DNA of 64,000 bases from Dipteris shenzhenensis (lineage: Eukaryota), in NCBI GenBank assembly GCA_047967505.1, contig CM106538.1; one strand, 5' to 3'. Position 1 is the stretch's first letter. Each line of letters starts with the position of its first letter. Both the position numbers and the translations under genes were made by a program. The notes below the pieces were generated by a model. That model made no database searches. It worked only from the letters and a program-made list of their open reading frames with translations, and had not been told where the DNA came from. Shown piece after piece: positions 36,709 to 49,500 of this stretch.

Positions 36709-39453
36709 ATGCCCAAACTCACGCTGGTTGATTGTTTGCCCCGTGGTTCTTCCGCCTCGATGCACCCTGAGCGAGCAAAAGTGTGGGCAAGCAACGGGAG
36801 CCGTGGAACAGCTGCCTCCGACCGTTCGTTCCTCGCTTTATCAGAAGCGCAGGAATATACATCGACACTGGACGACGGTGGAATACACGCGAATTTGGGC
36901 ACTTATGCCGCTCTTTTACGATCTTGTGCAAATGAGAAGACTTTATCGCATGGCAAGCGGATCCATACGTACATTATCAAATGTGGACTAGAACGAAAGA
37001 AGCCTTTGGGAAACCTTCTTCTACAGATGTATGGAAACTGTGGAAGCTTGGAAGATACATGTGCATATTTTGCAAAATTGTACAATCGAGATGTCTTCTC
37101 GTGGAATTGCATCATTAAAGCATATGCTAGGAATGGGCAGGGCAAAAATGCTCTACAGCTTTTGGAACAAATGCAGCATGAGGGGCTAACGGCAGATAAA
37201 TTTATGTTCATCACCATGCTTTCTATATGTGCTTGCGAAACAGCACTCTACGAAGGGAAATGTATTCATTCATGCATCGCACATTCTGAACTAGAATCAG
37301 ATATCGTCGTTGGGACTGTCCTTGTCAACATGTATGGCAAGTGCAGTAGCGTAAGTGGTGCATGCAAAGCGTTCGACAGAATGCCTGAGCATGATTCCAT
37401 CTCCTGGACTGCTATGATCGCTATATATGCCCAACATGGGGAAGGTGACAATGCGCTTAAACTTTTTGACCAGATGCAGCAGGAAGGAATGATGCCAGAT
37501 AAGGTCACATTTGTGAGCATCATAGATGCATGTGCCAGCGAAGCAGCATTGCCACCTGGCAAGCGAGTGCATGCCCGCATTGTGAGCAGTGGCTTTGAAT
37601 CAGATGTAGTGATGGGGACAGCTCTTGTCAACATGTACGGTGAATGTGGCAGCATAGCGAATGCACGTGGACTCTTTGATAATATGGTTGATCAGAATAT
37701 GATATCGTGGAATGCATTGCTTGCAGCATATGCCCAAAATGGACATGGCAAGGGTACGCTTCAAGTCTTTGAGCAGATGCAACAAGAAGGGATAGTGCCA
37801 AACAAGGTAACCTTCCTTAGCCTTTTTCGTGCATGTGTGAGTCCGTTGGTAGTTCGCGAAGGTCAACGGGCACACGCTCGCATTATGGGGAGTGGATTTA
37901 AGTCGGATGTCAATGTGGCGACAGCCCTTGTCGACATGTATGGAAAGTGTGGCAACTTGACAGATGCACGAAGGATCTTCAATGGCATGCCTGAGCATGA
38001 TGTTGTCTCATGGAATGCAATGATTGCAGCCTATGCACAGCATGGGCAAGGTAGTGATGCACTTCTGCTTTTTGAACAAATGCAAAAGATAGGAGTAACT
38101 CCAGACAAGGTTACCTTCATCACAATTCTTTCTGCATGTGCTAGCCAGGTAGCCTTAGCTGAGGGCAAGCTTGTCCATAGTAGTATTGAGAGCTCTGAGT
38201 TTAAGGCAGATGCCACCGTGGGGAATGCTCTCATTAGTATGTATGGCAAGTGTGGTGGCCTTGAAGATGCTAAAAACATATTTGACAGAATGACTCGACG
38301 GGACCAGGTTAGTTTTGTCAATATCCTTTCTGCCTGTGCCAACCAGGCAGCCCTGGCTGCAGGCAGAAGGATACATCAATACATCATGGTAGGTGGAGCT
38401 CGTATGGATGTTATTATGGGGAATGCTCTTGTCAACTTATATAGCAAATGTGGCAGTTTACAAGATGCACAGAGAATTTTCGAGGACATGCGTGAGCGGG
38501 ATGTGGTTTCTTGGACTGCCTTGATTGCTGCTTACACACAGCATGGAAAAGGCAAGGATGCCCTCTGTTTTTTTCGTCAAATGCAGAAAGACAAAGTAAC
38601 TCCAAATGATGTGACCTTTCTCAGCGTTCTTTCTGCTTGCAGCCATGCTGGCCTGTTAGAGGAAGGTAATTCATGCTTTAAATCCATGACTCGTGATCAT
38701 GGTATAACACCTAGTGTTGACCATTATAACTGTATGATTGATCTGTTTGGGAGGGTGGGACAGCTACAGGAGGCAGAAAATTTAATCAATAACATGCCGT
38801 GTCAACCTTCTGTTGTGTCGTGGACCACATTGCTTGGTGCTTGCCGAGTGCTGGTTGATGTGAAGAGAGGAGAACATGCAGCAATAAATGCACTCCAACT
38901 GGATCCAGGCAATGCTGCACCTTGTGTTATGCTAGCAAACATCTATGCTGCAGCTGGGAGGGTTGATGATGCAATGAAGCTGATGAATGCGATGAAAGAA
39001 AAGGGTTTTCAGAAGGAAATAGGCTGCAGCTCAATTGAGGTCAAAGGCAGGGTCCATAAATTTTATGTTGATGATCAGCTGCACCCAAACAGGGAGCAAA
39101 TATATGCTAAACTGCAGATCTTGAGTAAGCAAATGGAACAACAAGGGTATGTCTCTGACATGAAGTTGGGGCCACATTTTTTAGAGGGGGTAGGACATCT
39201 TTGTAGTCACAGTGAGAGTCTAGCTCTTGTATTTGGGCTTATCAGCAGCCCTCCTGGTGTACCAATTTTTGTTACCAAGAACCTTCCTCTGTGCTCTGAC
39301 TGTCATTCCTCTGCCAAATTCCTCTCCCAATTAACAGATCGTGAAATCATCATGAGAGACACTAATCGTTTTCATCACATGAATGCGGGCACCTGTTCAT
39401 GTGCAGATTACTGGTGGCCTCCAATTGACAAAGGCCTCAAATATCCTGTGTGA
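36709..39453 (+). CDS. PLS-class pentatricopeptide repeat protein with E and DYW domains (organellar RNA-editing factor family)
   Basis: 914-aa intronless ORF with repeated P (VSWNAMIAAYAQHG), L (VTFITILSACA) and S (GNALISMYGKCG) motifs, E-type motifs, deaminase signature HSE...CSDCH and terminal CSCADYW. The start codon is unverified. Confidence 0.95.
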   Translation: MPKLTLVDCLPRGSSASMHPERAKVWASNGSRGTAASDRSFLALSEAQEYTSTLDDGGIHANLGTYAALLRSCANEKTLSHGKRIHTYIIKCGLERKKPLGNLLLQMYGNCGSLEDTCAYFAKLYNRDVFSWNCIIKAYARNGQGKNALQLLEQMQHEGLTADKFMFITMLSICACETALYEGKCIHSCIAHSELESDIVVGTVLVNMYGKCSSVSGACKAFDRMPEHDSISWTAMIAIYAQHGEGDNALKLFDQMQQEGMMPDKVTFVSIIDACASEAALPPGKRVHARIVSSGFESDVVMGTALVNMYGECGSIANARGLFDNMVDQNMISWNALLAAYAQNGHGKGTLQVFEQMQQEGIVPNKVTFLSLFRACVSPLVVREGQRAHARIMGSGFKSDVNVATALVDMYGKCGNLTDARRIFNGMPEHDVVSWNAMIAAYAQHGQGSDALLLFEQMQKIGVTPDKVTFITILSACASQVALAEGKLVHSSIESSEFKADATVGNALISMYGKCGGLEDAKNIFDRMTRRDQVSFVNILSACANQAALAAGRRIHQYIMVGGARMDVIMGNALVNLYSKCGSLQDAQRIFEDMRERDVVSWTALIAAYTQHGKGKDALCFFRQMQKDKVTPNDVTFLSVLSACSHAGLLEEGNSCFKSMTRDHGITPSVDHYNCMIDLFGRVGQLQEAENLINNMPCQPSVVSWTTLLGACRVLVDVKRGEHAAINALQLDPGNAAPCVMLANIYAAAGRVDDAMKLMNAMKEKGFQKEIGCSSIEVKGRVHKFYVDDQLHPNREQIYAKLQILSKQMEQQGYVSDMKLGPHFLEGVGHLCSHSESLALVFGLISSPPGVPIFVTKNLPLCSDCHSSAKFLSQLTDREIIMRDTNRFHHMNAGTCSCADYWWPPIDKGLKYPV

Positions 39454-40910
39454 GCTCGTCATACTCAAAGCTGTAAAACACTTGCATCTTGTGCTCAAGG
39501 ATCTGAAAGTTACTTGCACCATTCTAGAGCTCAAAGCTTCCTCAATCACGATTCACATTACTTTTCTTGGTGCACCTTGAATGGGCAGGCAAAGAAGGTT
39601 GGAAGAAAATGGTTCAATGGATTTAAGAATGACTCTGGACTCTTAATGATGACACACAAGATTATTAACCCTCAAGGTTAGAGACACGGTCTCTTGAGTG
39701 CTTGCACTAGTGGTTCTTGTGGTTCAATACATTTCGATGGCATTTCATTCGTCGAAGATAGATTTGCAAGGTGAGATCCAAGCCATGATGCCAGTGACAA
39801 AACTGGCTACAGTGGGGACAAAATGAACCTGAATCTCTCTGCGGCATTGGTTCTTCTGTATACAAGATAAGATACGAGGCTGTATTTTCCAACAATGCCA
39901 GCATGCACCAATAGTTCACAGGGTTGTTTGTGAAGGGTCTTAAATGAAAAATCTTGGTTTCCGAATTTGGGTAGATCTGTCTTTGACAAAAAATTGACAT
40001 GCAGATTGTCATGTGCCCAATTTCCCTAACGAGGTTCATGACAGTGCTAAGATCACAGTGGCAGGAATGATCTTGCACTCATGGGATGTTATTTGCATAG
40101 GAGCCCTTAGTTTTGTCCTTAACACATTTGGAATATAGGAATTGAGCTACTTCCCAGGTGAGTGCAACATGTCACCAAGCCACGCATATAAGCAATGTCA
40201 CAATCAAACATTTCTGTGAAATGGCTCTAAGGTTTCGTGACAATGTAACAGTTCCTTTTTGGCTTTTAATGCTATATTAACGGGCGTTTGGAAAGAGTGT
40301 TGTAGAAAGAATTGTTTGAGGGTCTATGCTCTAAAAATGCTTCATAGCTATTCCAATGTGTAACAAATAGTCGATGTCCTGGGAATGCATCCTAGAAAGC
40401 AAGGGAAAGTCAAATTCGTTATTAAAAATCCACTATTGGTGGCTAACAAGTTGTAGAATATGATGCTCATGTCTTTTTTACTTCTAAAACATCCATGCGG
40501 GGAATCAAACTCCTATCACTCACCTTCAGCTCTCTCAGTGAGAGGTATGCAAAACCCTTCCCAAAGTTTTATATATTCGACCAAGAGGGCTCCAACAGTA
40601 GGCTTAAGGGTCCCTTAGTGTCAGATAGTCTATCAGCTGGCTGTTTGTTCTTGGTTATTGTAACTTTGTTTTCTTGGCAAATGGAAAACAGACATGTTGA
40701 GCCTTCTGGAAAAGAGTAAGATCGTAACCAAAATACTATTGGAATCACAAGGTCACCTCCCCAATTGTGGGCCCCCACATGAGGAGGACATGGGGGAGGC
40801 TGACATGCAGCGTGGGATGGAAAGAGAGGACTGGAATGAAGCTGCCTTGTGGGCAGCAGACTGGCTGGCACATGGGCAGCAGAGAACTGTGTCACGATCC
40901 ATGACGTATT

Positions 40911-41700
40911 TGTTAGAGATCAATGACCCCACCTGTGAGCCCCCGATCTGGGGGCATGTGATCATAGGGGGCTGGGGGGGATCTCAGCACAGGTTTTTGG
41001 AGGGAAGGAAGGCTGCAACAAAGTCGCCTCCCTGGAGGTTTTGCAGGCGCAAAGAGCAGCAAATAGGGGCAGCCAGCAGCCCCTTTTATAGGATGCCTGG
41101 TCGGCCTGATAGCCGACCAAACAGGTTGGCCTTTTGGCCCTCACCTTGTTGGTCTAGGGCAGGGGTCGGGGCCCCCTCCCTAGTCGGCCTACTTTGCCTT
41201 CAACAGGGCCTATAAGAGGGCCCCCTCCCCTCAGTTTTTCATCAGCCACTGAAGCAAGAAGCAGTGTGGAGCAAGAGGAGTAGGAGTGTTCTCAGCCTTC
41301 CAGCTATCCAGCCCTTTGCTGGTTTTCTGAGCTTGGTTTTGCCCACATTTTAGTGGAGGAATACATCTGAGTTCTCTCTCTTGTATATGCTGTCTATACT
41401 CTTCTATTTGGTGAGGTTCTCTTGTGTGGTCTGCATCATTGAGTGTGTGAGACGGAGCTGTTCCTATTCTGCATAGGTTGTGAGGTTAGAGTGATTCTAT
41501 CCTTCATTTCCGACATGGTATCAGAGCACCGTTCTCAGCTCTAGACGCTCTCACATCGAAGGAAGGAGTTCTTCTTCATGAAAGCGACTCCGATCGGATC
41601 AGGTTTGTAGAGTGTGCTGGACAACAAGGGGAGGATACTTGCATCGGTAGATGTGGATGAACTCGAAGCATGGGAGGATAGAGATGCTAAGCCTTGGCCT
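40911..41700 (+). mobile_element. 5' LTR, PBS and short copia gag remnant
   Basis: LTR-like segment ending CCGACA at 41515; PBS TGGTATCAGAGC 41516-41527; downstream DELEAWEDRDAK resembles copia gag. The LTR start is approximate. Confidence 0.65.
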
Positions 41701-41831
41701 TGATCATAGGGACAACGGCGGACTCTGTAATGAAGGGGGAAAGGGCTAATTTAGAGGCCCTTTAGAGGTGGGAAATGTGGAGGGACCATATAAGTCCCGT
41801 TCCACCCCTCATTGTACATTTTTGATGTGGA

Positions 41832-44800
41832 TGTCACATGTACCCCTGCACTTCGGTGCAATGTGACACACTGGCTACATCGACAAGTGCGTAATAGTTC
41901 CCTAATAGGAGATTTTGTCGTATGCTGTGACCCCTTTGTGAGCCGTTGTCTAGGGACAGTCAGGCACAAGCTATGTAAGTCAGTCTTTCAGCCTTAGGTC
42001 AAGTCAGACAGATCAGTCCTTGTTCAGTGGTACCCATTGGAGAACAGTAGGGTATTGTTTCCGTCTTAGGATTAGGGAGAGGTTGAGGTCCAGCCTAGGA
42101 TAGGAGCCTTGTTGGGCCCCCTCAGGGCTGGAACAAGTGAAGGAGAATGGCAGGGGAAGGACTGCCTTTATAGGCTACCTTGCACCCCTCCCTAGGCCAC
42201 CTTTTATGGGGCCTAGGGCTGCCTTTTACGGGCCAAGAGACCCAAAATAACCGACTAGAAAGTCGGCCATTTTGGGCTGGTTGGTTCAGCCCTTCCAGCC
42301 CTATATAAAGGGGGCCTCCATGCATCATTTCCCATCCAGCTCCCCAGCCTTCACAACACTCCAAAACAGCTCCCCTCCAGCCTCTTGTGTGCAGCCCTGA
42401 ACACCTCAGGAGTTGACACTGATCAGCCTCAGCCTTTGGCCTTTAGTGTGCAAGGGTGCCATGTGTGCACTTGTTTATGTCTAGTGCCAAATCACTGCAG
42501 TTCAAGCTGCTCCTCTGATGGGGCAAGTCATGGTGGATCTACCCCAAGAGTTCCAAGACATCATGCTTCGAGATGATCAGCCACCCCAGCTACCTCCAAA
42601 CAGTCCGAAAGACCATCGCATCGATTTGATTCTGGATTTCACACCTCCAAGTAAGTTTCCTTACCGACTTTCCATGTCTATGGAGGGGGAATTAGAGCAA
42701 CAGTTGTCCCAATTACTGCGCGAAGGGTTTATTAGACCGTCATCTTCGCCATTCGCTGCACCAATTCTATTTGTGGCAAAGAAGGATAAGTCTGCACGAT
42801 TATGTGTCGAATACAAAGCACTCAACAAGCTTACAGCAAGTAACAACTTCCTTGTGCCCCATCAAGATTATCTAGGAAAGACTCAATGGTGCAAAATTCT
42901 TCTTTTAAATCGATCTCAAGAGTGGCTACTACCAAGTCCATACTTTTGAGCTGACATCTCAAAGATGGCTTTTCGGACAGAGCGAGCTCATTACGAGTTC
43001 GTCGTCATGCCATTTGGTCTGAAGAATGCACCACCGTCGTTCAAAAAGATGATGTCTCGGGTATTCGCAGATTATATTGGGAAGTGCCTATTCATCTTGC
43101 TCGATGATATCCTTATCTTTTTTGCTACAACAGAGCAACATATTTAGGATGTGCGGTGTGCCCTACAATTGTTGCGTGATAATCAACTATACCTCAATGC
43201 AAAGAAAAGTGAGTTTGGGTTGATGGAGATCCAATATTTGGGAGACATCATTAGTGCCCAAGGGATTTGTTTAGATCTTGAGAAGATTGAAGCTATCACT
43301 AGTTGGGCTGTCCCCACGACAATCAAGGGATCCGATCGTTTGTGGGGTTGTGTCAAGTCTACAGCTCGCATATGGATGGATTCTCAATACACACAACCCC
43401 TCTCACAGATTTATTAAAGGGGGGAAAGACACGCAAACAGAAGATTCATGTTCAGGCAAAGCTTTGCAGACCTTCCATGACTTGCAACGGTTGGTCACAA
43501 TAGCACCGGTTATGAAGATTGCCTCTTGGGATGATCCATTTCTGGTAATCATAGACGCTAGCAATGTCACCATCGGGGCAGTTTTATAGCAAGAGGATAG
43601 GCTTGTGGCATATTACAGCAGAAAGCTCAACGATGCCAAAAAAAACTATTCAATTTATGATAGAGAGCTACTCGGTGTCATCTAGGCATTAAAACATTGG
43701 AAGCCTTTCCTTTACGGGCGGACTTTCACGATCAAGACAGATCACGAAGCCCTTAAGTGGCTTTAGACAATGCATAGTTCACAATGGAGTGATCAGTAGC
43801 AACGGTGGAGTGAGATATTCCAACAGTTTGGAGGAATGATCGAGTACGTCCCCGCAAAAACAATCCCGGTGCCGACGCTCTCAGTCGGAAAAGTTCAATC
43901 TAGACCATAGAGAAGGCCACTGTGCTTGAAATCCAAGGAAAGGATCTTGATAGTATGAAGGCACAATACACGGACTTAGTAGAATTTGGCACCTAGCTCC
44001 AATTAGCCACGATGCTTGCTCCAGGCCATTACTCATTAGAGGACGGTTGGCTTTCTATAAGAAAAGATTGTGTGTACTCAAAGACAAAGGCAGTTGCTTC
44101 TCCATGATGCCCATGACGCCCTCACTGGTGGTCATAGAGGTATCAATGGTACTTTGGAGAAGTTAGATCGCTATTTCTATTGGCCAAAGATGCGGAAGGA
44201 CGTATACGGCTATGTTTGGAATTGTCAGATATGCAAAAAGGTCAAGGCTTCCCATAAGAAAGCGGCTGGCTTACTTATGCCATTGCCAATACACGATGGT
44301 CCTTTCCAAGACATAGGTATGGACTTCGTTGGACCACTTTCAGCATACGCAGGCATGCATAACACTCAGTGTCTTACTATTGTTTGTCGCTTAGTACATA
44401 TTGCATGCTTATTCCCTGCAAACAGATGGCCAGCGCTGAAGATATAGCTCATTTGTTCATAAAGCATTGGTATCCCATTGGAGGGTTGCCAAGGACCATC
44501 ACATCCGATAGGGACTCCAAATTCACTTCTAATTTTTTGTGAGCCTTATTTGTTAATTTTGGTACTAAGCTGTAGATGTCCAGCAATTTTCCATTTGCAA
44601 TCGAATGGAGAGACAGAAAAGTATAATGGTATGGCGTTTGATATTTTAAAATCATATTGTCATGATGCTTAGGGAAAGTGGGAGAAGTTTCTTCCGCTTG
44701 TGCAGGCCATTTTGAACGATACCTATTCTTTGAGCACTAGTCGCACAGCTTATGAAGTGGCGTTTGTACTGCGGTTTACCTCACTCCTCACCGGCATGGT

Positions 44801-46230
44801 GTTTCCATCTCTTGAAGCCAACAAAATCACGGAATCGATGGCAGAGATTACAAAGTCCTTGAAAACCCGCATCGCCAAAGCTCAAGAATTGTACACGCTC
44901 TAGGCTAACAAATCTAGACGAGATGTGTAGTATAAAGAGGGTCAATGGGTGTATTTACGAATTATCAAGCAAAGATTGAAGCAGGTGGGCAAGCAATGCC
45001 CTAAGCTGTCTTTCAGGAGTTTCGGACCATTCCCTACCATTCAAAAGATCAATGATGTCTCAATGAAGTTACGCTTTCCAGACAATTGGACTATGCACAA
45101 TGTGTTCCATGTAGCTTGGTTGAAGCCATATTTTGGACCTCCTCTTATTGAGATTTCCGACGAGCAGTAATCCGAAGTTCTTGATGAAGCCAAAGTTTTG
45201 CAGCCAGAGCAGATTCTTCTTCATAAATTCAAGCATGGGTCAGGATGCAGGATCCGGGAGTTTTACACCAAATTTTCGTGATCGAGGTACCACTAAAGCG
45301 GTGTGGTTGGACCAAGACTTTTTCCAGGAGTTCCCACAAATTTCGGCGGACTACTTGGAAGCAATGAACCTACCGCCAAGTTAAGGAGGGGGGATTGTCA
45401 CATGCACCTTTGCACTTGGGTGCAATGTGACACACTGGCTACATCGACGACTGCGTAATAGTTTCCTAATAGGATATTTTGTTGTATGATGTGACCCCTT
45501 TGTGAGCCCTTGTCCAGGGACAGTCAGACAAAAGCTACGTAAGTCAGTCTCTCAGCCTCAGGTCAAGTTAGACAGATCAGTCCTTGTTCACTGGTACCCA
45601 TTGTAGAATAGTATGGCAGTGTTTCCGTTTTAGGATTAGGGATAGGTTTAGGTCCAGGCTAGGACAGGAGCCCTTTTGGGCCCTCTCAGGGCTAGAACAA
45701 TTGAAGGGGAATGGCAGGGGAAGGGCTGCCTTTATAGGCTACCCTGCACCCCTTCCTAGGCCACATTTTATGGGGCCGAGGGACCAGCCAACCAGCCCCA
45801 AAATAACCGGCTAGAAAGTAGGCCATTTTGGGCTGATTGGTTCAGCCCTTCCAGCCCTATATAAAGGGGTCCTCCATGCCCTCATTTACCATCCAGCTTC
45901 CCATCCTTCAGCACTCCAAAACAGCTCCCCTCCAGCCTCTTATGTGCAGCCCTGAACACCTCCGGAGTAGGCCCTGATCAGCCTCAGCCTTTGGCCTTCA
46001 GTTCAGCTCGTTCAGAAAGTGTATACACAGCACCACAGTTGAGGATTCGGACCAGCAAACTGAGTAAGGTTAGGGTACTGTTTCAGCAGCTCTTTACAGC
46101 TTTCTTTACAGTTTTGCACAACTTACTTCTCAACTCCTTTTTTCAGTCATCTCTCAGCTCTCATTAGAATCTTTTACTCCTAGCTTTCACTCTCTCACTC
46201 ACGCAGTAACCCTACATCCCGTGTGAAGAT
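41832..46230 (+). mobile_element. Ty3/gypsy element, internally deleted, probably a chromovirus
   Basis: LTR homology 41832-~42447 versus 45396-~46000 (both start TGTCACATG); PPT 45383-45394. End of 5' LTR, PBS, gag and protease are missing. The right end is approximate. Confidence 0.88.
42518..45384 (+). pseudogene. gypsy pol (RT, RNase H, integrase, chromodomain-like tail), disrupted
   Basis: PSSSPFAAPILFVAKKD, YEFVVMPFGLKNAP, LLDDILIF, IDASNVTIGAVL, HDALTGGHRG...CQICKK, MDFVGPL, HNVFHVAWLKPY, then PEQILLH...AVW. Confidence 0.9.
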
Positions 46231-46529
46231 AGTGGGAGAGAGGAAAGGAGTCTCACTTGAAGCTTTCTCACAATCACAATGGGGAAATACACACAAAGGT
46301 GGAGGCTGAAAACAGTTTTCCTCTTCTTTGTTGTGAAAGCCAAAAGAACTCAAGTACAAAGAAATAGAAGAACCCTATATGTGGGTCTCAAACCAAACTC
46401 AACTAACTAAGGTGGCATACTAACTGAGCCACAAACTAGAGTAGATAAGGATAGCTGTCATCCAGCTACTATTCGTGGGCGGTGTAACAACCGCATCTCC
46501 AGCTAACAAGTCGGTGACATAAATGCACA

Positions 46530-49500
46530 ACCAGCCCGTCTTATCAAGGAAAAGGGGGTGAAGCCAAATAATATGTCTGATGATGATTGGGAAAGTGTTG
46601 ATGAATTGGCACGTTCCACAATTATGCTTTCTATTTCAGATGTGCTCTTGTTCAATGTTGAGAATGAGGACACTGCATGGGATATGTGGAGAAGGTTGGA
46701 AGATTTGTATGCTCAACAAAGTGCAGCAAGCAAGGTTTATTGGCTCAAGAAGCTCATGGATCTCAGGATGAAGGAGAGCATGACTATGAGTGTGCACCTA
46801 AATGAGTTTAACTCTATCATCAAGCAGTTAGCAAATCAGAAATTCAACATTGATGATGAGTTTAAAGCAACTGTCTTGCTTTGTACTCTTCCTGAGAGTT
46901 GGGATATTTTCAGGACAGCTTTGAGCAATTCAAATCCTATTCTTGTGTATGCAGATGTTGAGAGCCAGCTCCTCATGGAGGAGATGAATAGGAAGAATAA
47001 TACTTCAAGTAAGTCTTCCACTGCCCTTAACACAAGGGGAAGACCTCAGCATAGAGGTAATGACAGCCAAAGGAACAAATCCCGCAGTAAGTCACGTCCT
47101 AAGAAGGACATTGAGTGCTTTCATTGTGGAAAGAAGGGGCACATGAAGAAAGATTGCTTTAAGTGGAAAAAGGAGCAAAAGAAGGGCAGCAACAACAATC
47201 AGGATGCCAAAAATGATAAAGGCAAGCAACATGCAGAGAGCAGTAACAGTGGTGTGAAGTTTGAAGAGATAAATGCAGTCACTCATGAGAGTGAGGATGA
47301 CATTCTTTTTGTTTCATCACTTGATGCACATGCTTTGATCACTGATGATGATAGTGATATGACCACTTGGATCATTGATTCGGGTGCTTCTTTCCATGTG
47401 ACACCACACAGGGAGTGGTTTTGCTCATATAATGGTGGTTCACAGGGTGTTGTGCATCTTGGAAACAATTATGCATGCTCTATTGAAGGGATTGGAGATG
47501 TGAAACTTGTATTTGCTGATGGCACACATTTTATGCTACATGATGTTAGGCATGTGCCAAAGCTTAAAAAGAACTTGGTTAGTACTGGTCAATTGGATGA
47601 TCAAGGCTACTACACTGTGTTTGGTGATAGTAGGTGGAAGATAACCAAGGGAGCCAGAGTCATTGCAAAGGGGTATAAGTGTGATACTTTGTATGCTTTG
47701 CATGTTTCTGATGTAAAGAATCATGTGGTTGCCGTAACTGAGGTGCCAAAGGTTTCATTGTGGCATGGCCGGTTAGGACACATGAGTGTTAAAGGAATGC
47801 AAGCACTGTCTCAATTGGGTTATTTACCGTCTCTGAAATTTTCAGAATTTAAGCATTGTGAGCATTGCATTTTTTGTAAGCATTCACAGTCACCACATAA
47901 AGTGACATTGCAACAAAGATTGACACCCTTAGATTTGGTACATAGTGATGTATGTCAAATGCCTCAGTTGTCTATGGGTGGTCATGAATACTTTGTTACA
48001 TTTATAGATGATGCCACAAGGAAAGTGTGGGTCTATTTCATCAAGAGGAAGGATGAAGTTTTTAATGCATTTCAAAAGTTTGTTGCCTTGGTTGAAAATC
48101 AGACAGGCAAGAAGTTGAAATGCTTACGCTCTGATAATGGAGGAGAATATGTCTCCAAAATATTTCAGGAATTTTGTGACAAAAAGGGGATAAAGAGGGA
48201 ATGAATGGAGTTGCAGAGCGAACAAATCGGACTATTCCGTAGTATGCTGTCTCATGCTGCCTTACCCTATGGTTTTTGGGCAGAGGCTGTTCAAACAGCC
48301 ATTCATGTCATCAATAGGTCACCGAATATGCGGTTGGATGGTAAAGTACCTGAGGAACAGTGGTATGGCAAGCCACCCTCATATAAACACTTGAGAGTGT
48401 TTGGCTGTCATGCGTATGTGCACGTACGAAAAGATCAGCGCAACAAACTCCAACCAATGTCAAATAGATGCATCTTTATTGGATATGGTGATAGTGGTGA
48501 AATGGGGTATAGATTGTGGGATCCCGTTGGAAGGAAGATTATACGCAGCAATGACGTGATTTTTCATGAGGAAAGCATGCACAGGCAGCCCTCACAAAAA
48601 TCAGAAAATAAGAAGGTTGTCTTTGAAGAAATCATTGTGAATAGACAGCAAAATATGCCCAATAATATGCAGCAAGGTGCTGCTGCAAATGTCCCTAATG
48701 CACAGGGAATAGAGGCTGAGAATCAGCCTAATCAAATTGCCTTTGATATGCCACAGATAGAGCCACACCTTGGTGATGTAGCACAGCCAGAAGAGGTGGT
48801 ACAACCACATAATATGGCTGATATGCAGGCTGAACAGCCAGCCAATCAAGATGTTTGGGTAAGGAGATCCACCAGAGTATCCAAACCTCCTGATAGGTTT
48901 GTTCCAGGACAGAACTATGTGGCTGATTTTGTCATGTTGACAGACTGTGGTGAGCCTTCATGCTATCTGGAAGCAATGAGAAGGCATGATAAGAGAAAGT
49001 GGGAGAAGGCCATGCATTCAGAAATGGATTCTCTTATCAAAAATAAGACATGGGATTTGGTGAAACTACCAACTGGAAAGAATGCCTTACCATGCAAATG
49101 GGTCTATAAGATCAAGGTCACTCCTAATGCTGAGAACAAATACAAGGCAAGATTGGTTGCCAAGGGGTTCAAGCAACAGAAGGGCATTGACTTTGATGAA
49201 ATCTTTTCCCCTGTGGTGAAAATGACAACATTGAGGGCTGTTTTGGCATTGGTTGCACATGAGAACATGGACTTGTGTCAGATGGATGTCAAAACTGCGT
49301 TTCTTCATGGTGATCTTCATGAGGAAATTTTTATGGTACAGCCAGAAGGGTTTGTCAGTGAAGGCAAAGAAAAGTTGGTATGCAACCTGAAAAAGAGCTT
49401 ATATGGGTTGAAGCAGGCTCCAAGGGAGTGGTACTTCAAATTCCATACTTTCATGCAATCTCAGGGGTTTAGGAGAAGTGATGTTGATCACTGTCTCTAT

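Noticed and set aside
36445-38646. Antisense and alternative-frame ORFs over the PPR gene
   Set aside because: They are shadows of the long PPR frame with no independent motifs.
39013-39453. U-to-C-associated DYW:KP subclass
   Set aside because: The domain has HSE and a degenerate PG-type box rather than the KP-type N-terminus. The terminal DYWW is best explained by stop loss and does not indicate a subclass.
46226-46236. TSD for the 41832 gypsy element
   Set aside because: GTGGA on the left versus GTGGG on the right, with no clean terminal CA; not sufficient to fix the boundary.
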